NCBI GenBank assembly: GCA_963760795.1
Contig: CAVXEP010000032.1
Span: forward strand, 224,001-288,000
Direction: 5' to 3'
DNA from: an uncultured delta proteobacterium
GTDB taxonomy: Bacteria; Desulfobacterota; Binatia; UBA9968
Length of the DNA: 64,000 nt
Part shown: one piece after another, positions 20,052 to 29,149 of the stretch
Layout: each line of letters starts with the position of its first letter
Position numbering within the stretch: position 1 is the stretch's first letter
Made by a program: the position numbers and the translations under genes
Notes under the pieces: generated by a model
Database searches by the model: none
What the model was told of the DNA's origin: nothing
Seen by the model: the letters and a program-made list of their open reading frames with translations, nothing else

Positions 20052-20599
20052 TGAAAGAGGACGCACCATTCGAGACCGTAACCAAGTTGGAAGCGGCAGA
20101 GCGGCAGTTGCGTGTCGCTATCCGAATGTTCTTTGAGTGTAAAGACATGATCGCGGTCCACGTACTTGCGGTTGGCGCGCAGGAAATTTTCAGCAAATTG
20201 GGTAAGAAGCATGGATTCAAAGGAATGTGGGAATCTATCGACTCTTTACCGCCGGAAAACAAAAAAGTGCTTGTCGACCATCTGAGAAAGGCGCAGAATT
20301 TCTTTAAGCATGCCAGCCGGGACCCAGAGGAGAAATTAGACTTCGATTATGAGGATACACGCTTTGTCCTTTTTGATGGGGTTGGGCTATGCCACGCCCT
20401 CATCGGTCGCTTCAGCCCAGAGATGACGATGTATCTCGGCTGGTTTGCGTCAAAGTACCCCGCGATGCTGAGACTAACGCCGCTGAGAGAAATACTCATC
20501 GATTCGACCAGCAAAATTAACTTTGAAAACTTCGAGAACGTCCTTCAGTTCCTCGATAAGCGGAACACTGAAGGTCAACACAAGGTCAACATGACGTGA
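20051..20599 (+). CDS. Hypothetical protein, possibly HEPN-like
   Basis: TKLEAAERQLRVAIRMFF...AVHVLA...QNFFKHA; last cargo gene before attR. Confidence 0.6.
   Translation: MKEDAPFETVTKLEAAERQLRVAIRMFFECKDMIAVHVLAVGAQEIFSKLGKKHGFKGMWESIDSLPPENKKVLVDHLRKAQNFFKHASRDPEEKLDFDYEDTRFVLFDGVGLCHALIGRFSPEMTMYLGWFASKYPAMLRLTPLREILIDSTSKINFENFENVLQFLDKRNTEGQHKVNMT
20571..20596 (+). repeat. Tandem AAGGTCAACA pair (putative integrase arm-type site, right)
   Basis: 25/26 identical to 8087-8112; ~100 bp inside attR. Confidence 0.7.
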
Positions 20600-20698
20600 G
20601 ATTTTCTGAAGTAAGGTCAGTTAAGAGAAACATGCAACCCGTTGATTTACATAGCGCAGGTGAGTTGATAACACCGGATGAACGCAATGTCCCATCGT

Positions 20699-20744
20699 TT
20701 CCTAATCCTGAGGCCGCGCGTTCGAATCGCGCCGGGGGCATTTT
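20699..20744 (+). repeat. attR: 3' half of tRNA-Arg(CCT)
   Basis: 46/46 identical to 7977-8022. Confidence 0.95.
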
Positions 20745-20978
20745 AAATCAAGTCTCTCCCACGCCGGTTGCAAGTTATCCTCTGTCGAAGTTTCTCCATG
20801 GTGTGGCGTTTTCAACTTATTGAATCTGCCGTCGGATACAGCAACTGGCCGAATGGTTTGGGCTGGAGGTTGCCCAGGTCGTGGCAATTGCGCGCGCGCC
20901 TCTAACTAACCCCTTTCTTCTCCTGCTTGCATTACCACCTGGTATAGCGATAAGAGTGCGGCAAGGAAAAGGTGCACC

Positions 20979-21245
20979 ATGCCGACATATGACCTAACTG
21001 TTCGTTGCAAGGATTGCGGCCACGATCATTCGATTCTCATGAGGCTCCACATCGAAGAGGGTGCGGACCGCAAGCAAAGCATCGCTGAGCTATATCATGG
21101 GCGTTCTGTCCCTCCACAGGTTGCGGCCATTCGCGGGCACCTCGCGTTCTGTCACAAAACGGGTAGGAAGTTCCCGCTGGAAAACGATAGCGAAATTTAT
21201 TTAGTGCCGCCGACGGTTTTCAGACGATATACGGTCACCCAATAA
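20979..21245 (+). CDS. Small Cys-containing (zinc-ribbon-like) hypothetical protein
   Basis: CKDCGHDH and CHKTG motifs; AAGGT RBS. Confidence 0.65.
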   Translation: MPTYDLTVRCKDCGHDHSILMRLHIEEGADRKQSIAELYHGRSVPPQVAAIRGHLAFCHKTGRKFPLENDSEIYLVPPTVFRRYTVTQ

Positions 21246-21477
21246 GCGCGCCAAAAGCCTGGTTAATAACGCCAACATCATTCATAAAGTCGATTAGGTT
21301 GTGTCCCGTAACGCACTCCCCGGGCTTGGTGTGGCGGAGCGAAGCCTGCCATCGCTATCAAGAGCCGAATTGACCAATGCGATAAAGGCGGCCAACTGTC
21401 TTTCCAGGTTTTTTTTCATGTGGTAAGTGTTCTTAAGTGTTGCAGCTTCCGGTCTGTTTTTCAGTCCCGTATTGGCA

Positions 21478-21502
21478 CGTGCGAATCGCGCCGGTGGCAT
21501 TT
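21478..21502 (+). repeat. Degenerate third copy of tRNA-Arg 3' end
   Basis: CGTGCGAATCGCGCCGGTGGCATTT vs tRNA CGTTCGAATCGCGCCGGGGGCATTT (23/25). Confidence 0.7.
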
Positions 21503-21543
21503 ACTTTGTTTACGAGTTACCGACAATCGAGGAGATAGTTGCC

Positions 21544-22290
21544 ATGGCGGTGGTGTCGAGCAGCGATTTCGTTAAAGAGATCCAGCAAATGGTGCGGGCC
21601 AAGCACTCCAAGCATCATCCGATTATCGGCATGATCGAAGACGGCAAGCTCGACCGCGAAGCGCTCAAAGGCTTTATCGGCCAGTTTTATTTATTTTTCC
21701 CCAAGCCCTTCCCGAAACCGATCGCGGCGATGTTGGCGCGTTGCCCGGACGATCCCGAGCTCGAAAAAATGTGGATCGAGAACGTCGTCGAAGAGGGCAC
21801 GGGAGAGATCACCGGCACCGATAGCCACAAGGCGCTGTTTATCCGCTTCGCCAAAGCTTGCGGTTACGCCAACAAGGAAGAGCTCGACCGCATCGAGCCG
21901 ACGCCGGAGACCCAGGCGTTTCTCGACTGGCGCGAGCTGTTGATGTCCCAACGCACTTGGCTGGAGCTCTATGCTTGCCAGGGATTCTGTCTCGAAGGCA
22001 CGGCGAACGAGCGCATGACGCGCATCGTCAACGGCCTCACCCAGCATTATGGCTTTACCCGCGAGTCGGAAGATATCCGTTACTGGACGCTGCACATGGG
22101 CGTCGACGAGGAGCATATGAAAGTCGGACCGCTGGCGGTGGAACGTTACGCCGTGACCGAACCGCAGCAAGTGGCGGTGCGCGCCGCGGTGTTGAAAACT
22201 TTAGACCAGTTCTGGTTGGCGTTCGACGGCATTGTCCGGGCCTACGTCGACAAAGATCCGCTCTACGGACGCTGGCGCGGCGGCAAGTAA
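21544..22290 (+). CDS. Heme-oxygenase-like diiron enzyme (PqqC/CADD/TenA superfamily)
   Basis: HPII, ENVVEE-x9-H, CLEG, WTLHMGVDEEH ligand pattern; GAGGAG RBS. Confidence 0.85.
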   Translation: MAVVSSSDFVKEIQQMVRAKHSKHHPIIGMIEDGKLDREALKGFIGQFYLFFPKPFPKPIAAMLARCPDDPELEKMWIENVVEEGTGEITGTDSHKALFIRFAKACGYANKEELDRIEPTPETQAFLDWRELLMSQRTWLELYACQGFCLEGTANERMTRIVNGLTQHYGFTRESEDIRYWTLHMGVDEEHMKVGPLAVERYAVTEPQQVAVRAAVLKTLDQFWLAFDGIVRAYVDKDPLYGRWRGGK

Positions 22291-22300
22291 ACAAGGAGAT

Positions 22301-22963
22301 ATGTCTATGGAAATGATCGATTTGTCACGGCTGATTTACGACGGCATGCCGAAGATTCCGATCCTACCGGAAGTCCACGTGACGAAGTTTTTGAGCCTGG
22401 ATAAGGGCCACCCCTTGAACGTCACTGAGTTGTCGATGCCCTGTCATGCTGGTACTCATGTCGACGCGCCGATCCACATAATGCCCAACGGCAAATCTAT
22501 CGACGAGTTACCGGTGGATGCCTTCGTCGGCACCGGCGCGGTGATCAGCGTCAAGAAGAACGGCGGCGAAGAGGTGACGGCAAAAGATTTAGAAGCATCC
22601 GGCGTCGCGGTCAATCGCGGCGATATCCTCATGCTCCATACCGGCTGGGACGTGAAGTTCGACAGCCCGGATTACAATCTGCATCCTTATCTTTCCGTCG
22701 ACGCCGCCGAGTGGATGGTCAAGAAGGGTATCAAGATGTTCGGCATCGACTGCATCACCGTCGACCTGCCGACGCCGCTGCGGCCCAAAGGGTTCGATTT
22801 TCCGGTGCATCGAACCTTGCTCGGCAATAATGTTCTGATCGCCGAGAACGTCACCAACTTGGGTGCGGTGGTCGGCAAGCGCACGCGCATCATGGCGCTG
22901 CCGCTGCGGGTCAAAGGCAGCGACGCCGGCCATGCGCGCATCGTCGCTGAAGTTTTAAATTAG
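22301..22963 (+). CDS. Cyclase family protein (KynB-like metallohydrolase)
   Basis: IDLS, HAGTHVDAPIH, VHRTLL...IAENVTNL, GSDAGHARIVA. Confidence 0.92.
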   Translation: MSMEMIDLSRLIYDGMPKIPILPEVHVTKFLSLDKGHPLNVTELSMPCHAGTHVDAPIHIMPNGKSIDELPVDAFVGTGAVISVKKNGGEEVTAKDLEASGVAVNRGDILMLHTGWDVKFDSPDYNLHPYLSVDAAEWMVKKGIKMFGIDCITVDLPTPLRPKGFDFPVHRTLLGNNVLIAENVTNLGAVVGKRTRIMALPLRVKGSDAGHARIVAEVLN

Positions 22964-22993
22964 CGGTGTCGCCGGGTTGCTGTGAAGACGATT

Positions 22994-23067
22994 TTCACCA
23001 CGAAGGACACGAAGATCACGAAGTTCGGAAAAGTAAATTATTGAAAACCTTCGTGCCTTCGTGGTGA
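22994..23067. repeat. Palindromic intergenic element with CACGAAG 9-nt units (copy 1)
   Basis: CACCACGAAGGACACGAAG...CTTCGTGCCTTCGTGGTG; related copies at 25591 and 28995. Confidence 0.8.
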
Positions 23068-23127
23068 GCTAAACATTTCTGCATCGCACAAATGTTTCAC
23101 ATCTGGCTGAAGAGCTTGAACTAGACT

Positions 23128-24096
23128 ATGGTAACGACCAAACCTATCAGTGGCATCATTGGCGCCTGTTTGACGCCCTTCGACGTGAATGATCGCGTCG
23201 ATTACAAGGCGCTTGAAAAGGAAATCGAATTTCTTATTCCCGACTGCGACGCGATCACGGTGGCGGCGGTGGAAGCGGCGGAATACACCATGCTGTCGCG
23301 CGACGAGCGCAAGGAAGTGCTCAAAGTCGCCACCGAAATGATCGGCGGCCGGGTGCCGGTGATCTTGGGCTGCTCCAGTCCGGCGCCGCGCGAGGTTATT
23401 GAACTCGCCGAGTATGCCGCTACGGTGAACGGCGACTTCATTCAGGTGCTGATGCCGCTGCGTCCCTGGGGCGGTCAGCCGACCATCGCCGAGCTCATGG
23501 AGTTCTACACCCAAGTGGCTTCGGCTAGTCCTTTGCCGGTTACTTGTTATCACAATCCCGGTCCGGGCGCCGATCCACCTCAGGATGCCTTCGTTAAGAT
23601 CAGCGAGATCGACAACATTCGTTACTTCAAAGAAAGCTCCCGCGACATCACCAAGATTTCGCGTTTGATCGAGCAGATCGAGCTGGCTGGGCGCGGTCAC
23701 TATTTTACCACTATGCAGCCGCTCTTGGTCACGCTCATGCTTGGCGGTTCCGGCGCCACCATGCCGCCGCCGGGGACGCGCATTGGCGCGCAGATCGTCA
23801 AAGCATTTCGCGCCGGCGATTTGGAGACAGCCAGATTTTGGGCGCGCTGCTACGCGTTATTTCCCGGGAAATGGGGCGCCTACGGTTTGCCGCCGGTGAT
23901 GAAGTCGGCGATGAAACATTTCGGTGTTGATCTCGGCCAGCCTTGCCGGCCGTATGCGCCGGTGAGTCCGCGCGACCATGAGCAGATTGGCCAGTTCTTG
24001 CGCCAAGTCGGTCTCATCGGCGAGTCCGGGCCATCGCCACAGGGTTTGCTTGCTGCCGGCGAAAAGCTCCGGCAAGAAGATACCTTCTTAAGATAG
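23128..24096 (+). CDS. Dihydrodipicolinate synthase/N-acetylneuraminate lyase family aldolase
   Basis: LTPFD..DRVDY, GRVPVILG, CYHNP, FKESS Schiff-base Lys. Confidence 0.9.
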   Translation: MVTTKPISGIIGACLTPFDVNDRVDYKALEKEIEFLIPDCDAITVAAVEAAEYTMLSRDERKEVLKVATEMIGGRVPVILGCSSPAPREVIELAEYAATVNGDFIQVLMPLRPWGGQPTIAELMEFYTQVASASPLPVTCYHNPGPGADPPQDAFVKISEIDNIRYFKESSRDITKISRLIEQIELAGRGHYFTTMQPLLVTLMLGGSGATMPPPGTRIGAQIVKAFRAGDLETARFWARCYALFPGKWGAYGLPPVMKSAMKHFGVDLGQPCRPYAPVSPRDHEQIGQFLRQVGLIGESGPSPQGLLAAGEKLRQEDTFLR

Positions 24097-24163
24097 TCAA
24101 CGACGCAGCTGCGGCAGTTTTGGATAAGCGAAGCCGGACGGCGTGGCGGAGGTTTGTACAATT

Positions 24164-24349
24164 ATGGAATGGCTTAAAGATCTTTCCGACAAATTGATCA
24201 TCTGGTTTTTGCGCGCGTTATCCGGCTTTGGCAAGGAACTCACCGCCGACGGCAGGCGCGAGCAGCAACTCTGGCGCGAGCAGCGGCTGAGAAATCTCCA
24301 GGGACTGGCGCAACGCTCGAAGCAGCGCTTTGGCGCTCAAGATAAATAA
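24164..24349 (+). CDS. Small hypothetical protein
   Basis: GGAGG RBS, 61 aa, between aldolase and SQR-like genes. Confidence 0.5.
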   Translation: MEWLKDLSDKLIIWFLRALSGFGKELTADGRREQQLWREQRLRNLQGLAQRSKQRFGAQDK

Positions 24350-24373
24350 ATTCCGCGAAACCAAGAACTCAAC

Positions 24374-25531
24374 ATGCAACTCGTATCGCGGCGAAAAAAG
24401 ATTGTCATTTTAGGCGGCGGCTGCGGCGGCGTGGTGGCGGCGACCCATTTGGGCCGCAAGCTCGGCGCGGATCACGACGTCATTCTAATCGACCGACGCG
24501 CCGATCATATTTTCATGCCGGCGTTTCTGTTCATCATGATCGGCGAGCGCCAACCCCGCGATATCAGCCGGAATTTGAAAGTAATCGAGAAGCGCAACGT
24601 TAGAGTCATTCAGTCGGAGATACTTGGCATCGATCCGATCCGCCAGGAAATTTCTCTGGAAAACGAAAAGATCAATTACGACTACTTGATAACTTCGCTA
24701 GGGTTGCAGACCCGTCCCGACTTGGTTCCCGGCTTTGCTGACGCCTCGCAGCATCCCTGGGAGATGGAATCGGCGCTGCGTTTGCGTGCGAGCCTGGAAT
24801 TGTTTCGCGGTGGCAGGGTAGTCGTTGGTGTGCCGCTTGGACCGTACCGCTGCCCGCCGGCGCCCTATGAGGCGCAGTGGATGCTTGACGGCTATTTCCG
24901 CCAAAAGGGCATCCGCGACCGCGTTCAGATCGATTACTTCACTCGAGAGGCGGAACCAACCGGCGAAGCTCATGATCCGACGGTGTGGATGAATGCCGAA
25001 AGCAAACGGCGCGGCATCAAGCAGCACTTCGAGTTTGTCGTCCGGTCAATCGACCCGGAGAAAAAGGTTGTGCAGGGTTTGTACAATTACAGTGTACCCT
25101 ACGATCTGCTGGTCATGGTGCCGCCGCACCGGCCGGCGCAGGTGCTGCTCGATAGCGGTCTGGCCGAGAGCGAAACCGGTATCCGCGTCGACTACGACAC
25201 GCTGCAAACCAAATGGGACAATGTTTACGCCATCGGCGATTGCGCCGACATGCCGGCGTCGAAAGCCGGCGGCGTTGCGCACCAAGAAGCGGATGTGCTG
25301 GCGCATAATCTCGCCGTCGAGATCACCGGCAAGGGCAGACCGGTGGACCTCTGGCTGCACACCATATGACTACTCGCCTTCGGCGCTGGACGCGCCGCCG
25401 CAAACCGAACGACGTATCCTACCGGCTGGCCGCCCTTCGGCGTCACCGATCCGCGCACCTGGGGGCCGTCTAGGGCGATCTATTGGGCGAAGGTCGGCTT
25501 CGAGAAATGGTGGCTGTGGCGTTATTTTTAA
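24374..25531 (+). CDS. Sulfide:quinone oxidoreductase/FCSD-like flavoprotein, predicted selenoprotein (UGA 25367-25369 = Sec332), 385 aa
   Basis: GGGCGG FAD motif, YRCPPAPYE, AIGD..KAG; frame continues past TGA into family-typical GPSRAIYWAKVGFEKWWLWRYF; hairpin CGGCGC-TGGAC-GCGCCG at 25381-25397. Confidence 0.82.
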
Positions 25532-25590
25532 TAGTTAAATGGACTCGTCTGTGGTCGAAACGAATCTGCTTATTGAATAACATCACTTTC

Positions 25591-25668
25591 CACCACGAAG
25601 GCACGAAGGACACGAAGGTTTCGGATGATTAAAATTCCGAATTTCGTGCTCTTCGTGCCTTCGTGGTG
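25591..25668. repeat. Palindromic CACGAAG element (copy 2)
   Basis: CACCACGAAGGCACGAAGGACACGAAG...TTCGTGCTCTTCGTGCCTTCGTGGTG. Confidence 0.8.
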
Positions 25669-25729
25669 AAGACAATCTTTGCTTCGTCGATTGCGGCGTG
25701 ATCACGCTGCTCTATTCACAATCGCCCGC

Positions 25730-27229
25730 TCAGGACCACGCTTGCTCCGCCGCGGCATTCTGCCCGGCGATTTTTCCCGCGACGAAACATTCGGTGATGT
25801 TGCCGGCTTCCAAATAGAGATGGCCGTAGATCGAGCTGATCTCGCCGGCGACGTAGAGGCGCGGGATCGGGCGCTTCATCGGATCGAGCACGCGTTGATT
25901 GACGTCGTGTTCGGGGCCGCCCTGAGTGTTGTTGACGATGGGCCAGGCTTCCATGACGTAGAACGGCCCGGTCTTGATCGGCATCATGGTTTTCGGCGGC
26001 CGTTTGTGGTCCTCGTCCTGGCCTTTGGCGCAGAGTTCGTTCCAGCGTTCCACCGTGGCTCTGAGCACTTTGGGATTGACGTCGATCTGCGCCGCGATGT
26101 CTTCCAGCGAGTTGCCTTTTTTGATCCAGCCTTTGTCGATCTCGGCGAGATTGTCCGCGCTCCAGCTGGCGTCATAACGCTCGTCATTGACGATGGGAAT
26201 GCCGATCGGGCCCAACTTGCGGCCTTCCTCGTCGAAGATCAGATAGCAGGGGATGCGCGGATAGTCCTGAATATCGGCGTCGTAGTATTCCAGCGCCCGG
26301 GTGCCGGTGTCCTGGGGCGCGGGCGGGTACTCGTCCATGAAGCGCTTGCCAGATTTGTCGACGCCGATCCAGATCATCTTGCGGTTCTCGTTTCTCGGTC
26401 CGGCCCAGACATGGCGGATGGCGAAGGGCAGTTCGGCAAACTTGAAGCCGTAGCCGCCGTGAAAGTGCCACATATGCCAGAGGCCGGCGCCGGCTTTCTG
26501 CGCCATCTTCAAGCCGTCGCCGGTGTTGCCGAGATAGACCGGATAGACCGGCTGGGCTTGGAAGTATTGCAGCTTCAGGGCATCGTCGTTTTCGTAGCCG
26601 CCGCAGCACAGAATGACGCCCTTATTCGCCTTGATACGAATCGTCTTGCCGTTATGCTCGGCGACCAGGCCGATCACTTCGCCGTCGCCATTCAAGACCA
26701 ATTCTTTCGCCGGCGTCGAGAGCATCACTTCGATGTTGCGCTGGTTGACGTTGTCGTAGACGACTTTGAACAGCCGCGCGCCGCCGCGCAGTCCTTTGGC
26801 CCAGGGGAATTCCTCGTAGGCTTGGAAGTCTTTGAGCTTGATCGAATCGATCTCGTTGGTGCCGGGAAATGGATAGGTGCCATGGCCGCGGGTCTCGGTC
26901 TTGGACGGCTCGGTGCCGCTGACTTTGGCGAGCTCGGTGACCCAGTCGATCATGCCGACCATCTCTTCGGCCATCTTGCGCAGTATGTCGTCCGGCGTGG
27001 TGCCGTTGCAGGTCCGTTGCAAATATTGAAAAGCGCCTTCGGCGTTATGCGCGAAGGCGACGCCGCCGCCGGAGAGAATCGAGATGCCGCCGGGGTGGGG
27101 CATTTTTTCGATCAATAAAACTTTCGCGCCGGCGTCGTGGGCGGTGATCGCCGCGATGCCACCCGCGGCGCCGTAGCCGACAACGAGCACGTCGACTTCT
27201 TTGTCCCAAACTAAATTCGCTGTTGCCAC
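25730..27229 (-). CDS. FAD-binding dehydrogenase (flavocytochrome c/KstD/TcuA-like family)
   Basis: WDKEVDVLVVGYGAAG, GGISILSGG, NTGDG, TQGGP, PIPRLYVAGE; GGAGG RBS. Confidence 0.88.
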   Translation of the reverse strand: MATANLVWDKEVDVLVVGYGAAGGIAAITAHDAGAKVLLIEKMPHPGGISILSGGGVAFAHNAEGAFQYLQRTCNGTTPDDILRKMAEEMVGMIDWVTELAKVSGTEPSKTETRGHGTYPFPGTNEIDSIKLKDFQAYEEFPWAKGLRGGARLFKVVYDNVNQRNIEVMLSTPAKELVLNGDGEVIGLVAEHNGKTIRIKANKGVILCCGGYENDDALKLQYFQAQPVYPVYLGNTGDGLKMAQKAGAGLWHMWHFHGGYGFKFAELPFAIRHVWAGPRNENRKMIWIGVDKSGKRFMDEYPPAPQDTGTRALEYYDADIQDYPRIPCYLIFDEEGRKLGPIGIPIVNDERYDASWSADNLAEIDKGWIKKGNSLEDIAAQIDVNPKVLRATVERWNELCAKGQDEDHKRPPKTMMPIKTGPFYVMEAWPIVNNTQGGPEHDVNQRVLDPMKRPIPRLYVAGEISSIYGHLYLEAGNITECFVAGKIAGQNAAAEQAWS

Positions 27230-27257
27230 GATAAATCCTCCGAGGAGTAAAATCTTT

Positions 27258-27371
27258 GTTCCAAGGGTTCCAGCCGTTTCAGCTGTTCCAACCCCCACAT
27301 CTTTCCTCCCCCGCGACGCGGGGGATGAAGGAGGGGGCTTGAACGATTGGAACTATTGAAACGATTGAAAC
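27258..27371. repeat. Palindromic intergenic element with 9-nt GTTCCA/TGGAAC units around a GC hairpin
   Basis: GTTCCAGCC-type arms, CCCCCGCGACGCGGGGG core, TTGAACGATTGGAAC arms. Confidence 0.7.
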
Positions 27372-27383
27372 ATTTTGTCTTTT

Positions 27384-28493
27384 TTAGAGCCTTTCTTCGA
27401 GCCAATCCAACATGTACGGCAAATTATGCGCCCAGTAGTCGTGGCTGCAATGAATCCGGCCGCCGCCGTCTGTTTCGCCGTAGATTTTTAACGTTTTGTC
27501 GGTGGCGCCGATTTCATTGAATAACTTCTTCGCGCCTTCGACGGACATCAGCGTGTCCTTGTCACCATGGGTGATCAGCGTCGGGCAGGTGATGTTCTTG
27601 GCGATGCCGGCCATGGTGAAATCTTTCAATTGCCGGCGTGCTTCTTCGTGGCTGACGCCGCCGAGCAATCGTTGACACACCGGCTGTAGATGCACGCACC
27701 AGTCGTAGAGATCGTCCAAAATACTGTAGCAGCCGCTCCAGGCAACCAGTGCTCTCAAGCGTTTTTCGAAGGCCGCGACGCGCGGCGCGTAATAACCGGC
27801 CATGCTGATGCCAAGGAGCGCGACGCGGTTGGCGTCGACTTCCGGCCGTGAGACTAAATAATCGATGCAGGCTTTGCCGGGCACTTCGTAGTCGGGCCGG
27901 GTCTTGATGCCTTTCAGGTACATCGACGAGCCGCGTCCCGGCGTGTCGACCAAGAGCATCGCCCAGCCGCGCTCGAGCATCTGCTTGCCGCCGAAATATA
28001 TCTCTTCGGCGTAGGCGTCGGCGCCACCGAGAAAAAGTACCGCCGGCCATTTGCCCGGCTTGGGACTCACGGGATGGCAGAAATAGCCGTCGTACTGTTC
28101 ATCGCCGCAGCGCACTGAAATCACTTCGATCTTGGGGGAATTGAGATTAGCGGCGGCGCGAAACATTGCTTGGGACCGGCGAAAGCGCTCGCCGCGTTTG
28201 CTTTCCTCGGCGATGGTCAGGAGCACGTCGGACATCCGATAATAATTGCTGGCGTGGAAAAAATTCTGCCGCGCCGTGCCTTGATGGCCGGCCGCCATTG
28301 CGCTATGGGCGCGTGCTTCAGTCTTTTCAGCTAAGGCCAGCCACTCGCGCTCCCAGCCGTCCTTGTCGCCGGCTTCGACGTTCTTCATCGCCCGGGCGAT
28401 ATCGAAGACATCGCCGCCGCCTTGCTGCGCTTGCGCGACCAGGCGCAACGTGTGGCCGCCGAATGGATGGGTGGGAAAAAGAAAATCGAACAT
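27384..28493 (-). CDS. Alpha/beta hydrolase (2,6-dihydroxypseudooxynicotine hydrolase/FrsA-like)
   Basis: GGAD..AEE, DTPGRG, GISMAGYYAPR nucleophile elbow, HGDKD, HC. Confidence 0.88.
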   Translation of the reverse strand: MFDFLFPTHPFGGHTLRLVAQAQQGGGDVFDIARAMKNVEAGDKDGWEREWLALAEKTEARAHSAMAAGHQGTARQNFFHASNYYRMSDVLLTIAEESKRGERFRRSQAMFRAAANLNSPKIEVISVRCGDEQYDGYFCHPVSPKPGKWPAVLFLGGADAYAEEIYFGGKQMLERGWAMLLVDTPGRGSSMYLKGIKTRPDYEVPGKACIDYLVSRPEVDANRVALLGISMAGYYAPRVAAFEKRLRALVAWSGCYSILDDLYDWCVHLQPVCQRLLGGVSHEEARRQLKDFTMAGIAKNITCPTLITHGDKDTLMSVEGAKKLFNEIGATDKTLKIYGETDGGGRIHCSHDYWAHNLPYMLDWLEERL

Positions 28494-28994
28494 GCTGCCT
28501 CCGATAGCGTCAAACTGAATAAACCTATTTTGAACGCTCGCCGCAAAGTGTCAGAATTAATCCGAATCGCAGCAAAAGTACAAGAGTTTGCACGTGGATC
28601 ATATGATTTTGTGTTGCGCCGTGGTTTCGTCGAAATACGGCAACGGTATCAGGTGGTGTGTGGACAAATTCTCCATCGCCCTTTCTCAAAGGGGAATGAA
28701 AAGTCTCCCTTTGTAAAGGGAGATTTAGAGGGATTTGTTTTTCAAACGTCTTTGACGAAAACCGATCGTTGCAAAGTTAAGCTTGACAGTGGCGAGGGGC
28801 GTTGGTAGTTGTCTCATCACAACAAGATTTCCTCAACTTTGATAATCTCTCGCGATTCAGAGCAGCAGTGCAAGGAGCGCGGCGTGATATTTAAAGGGGA
28901 ATTAGGTGGCGAAGAGCCGGTTGCTTTTGCGACATGTCGCGGGAGCTGGCCGGCTTTTTTATTTGGCACGTGCGAGCTCACTGTGAATTTGGTT

Positions 28995-29068
28995 TTCACT
29001 GCGAAGGAGGCGAAGGGTTCGGATGATTAAATCTCCGAACTTCGTGCTCTTCGTGTCCGTCGTAGTGA
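28995..29068. repeat. Palindromic CACGAAG element (copy 3, degenerate)
   Basis: Shares TTCGGATGATTAAA..CCGAA.TTCGTGCTCTTCGTG with copy 2. Confidence 0.75.
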
Positions 29069-29149
29069 ACAAGACCATCTGAACGGCACCGATAATTCAC
29101 GTCAAGGCGTGAAGAGCCATTCAATTGGTCAATCAGCCGGGAGGTTTCA

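Larger units (their letters stand above)
7977..20744. mobile_element. ~12.7-kb tRNA-Arg-integrated phage-satellite-like genomic island
   Basis: 46-bp exact direct repeat (7977-8022 / 20699-20744) of tRNA 3' half; contains tyrosine integrase remnant, xis-like, primase-helicase and terminase genes. Confidence 0.9.

Noticed and set aside
22994-29068. CACGAAG repeats as a CRISPR array
   Set aside because: Dispersed palindromes with no regular repeat-spacer periodicity and no cas genes
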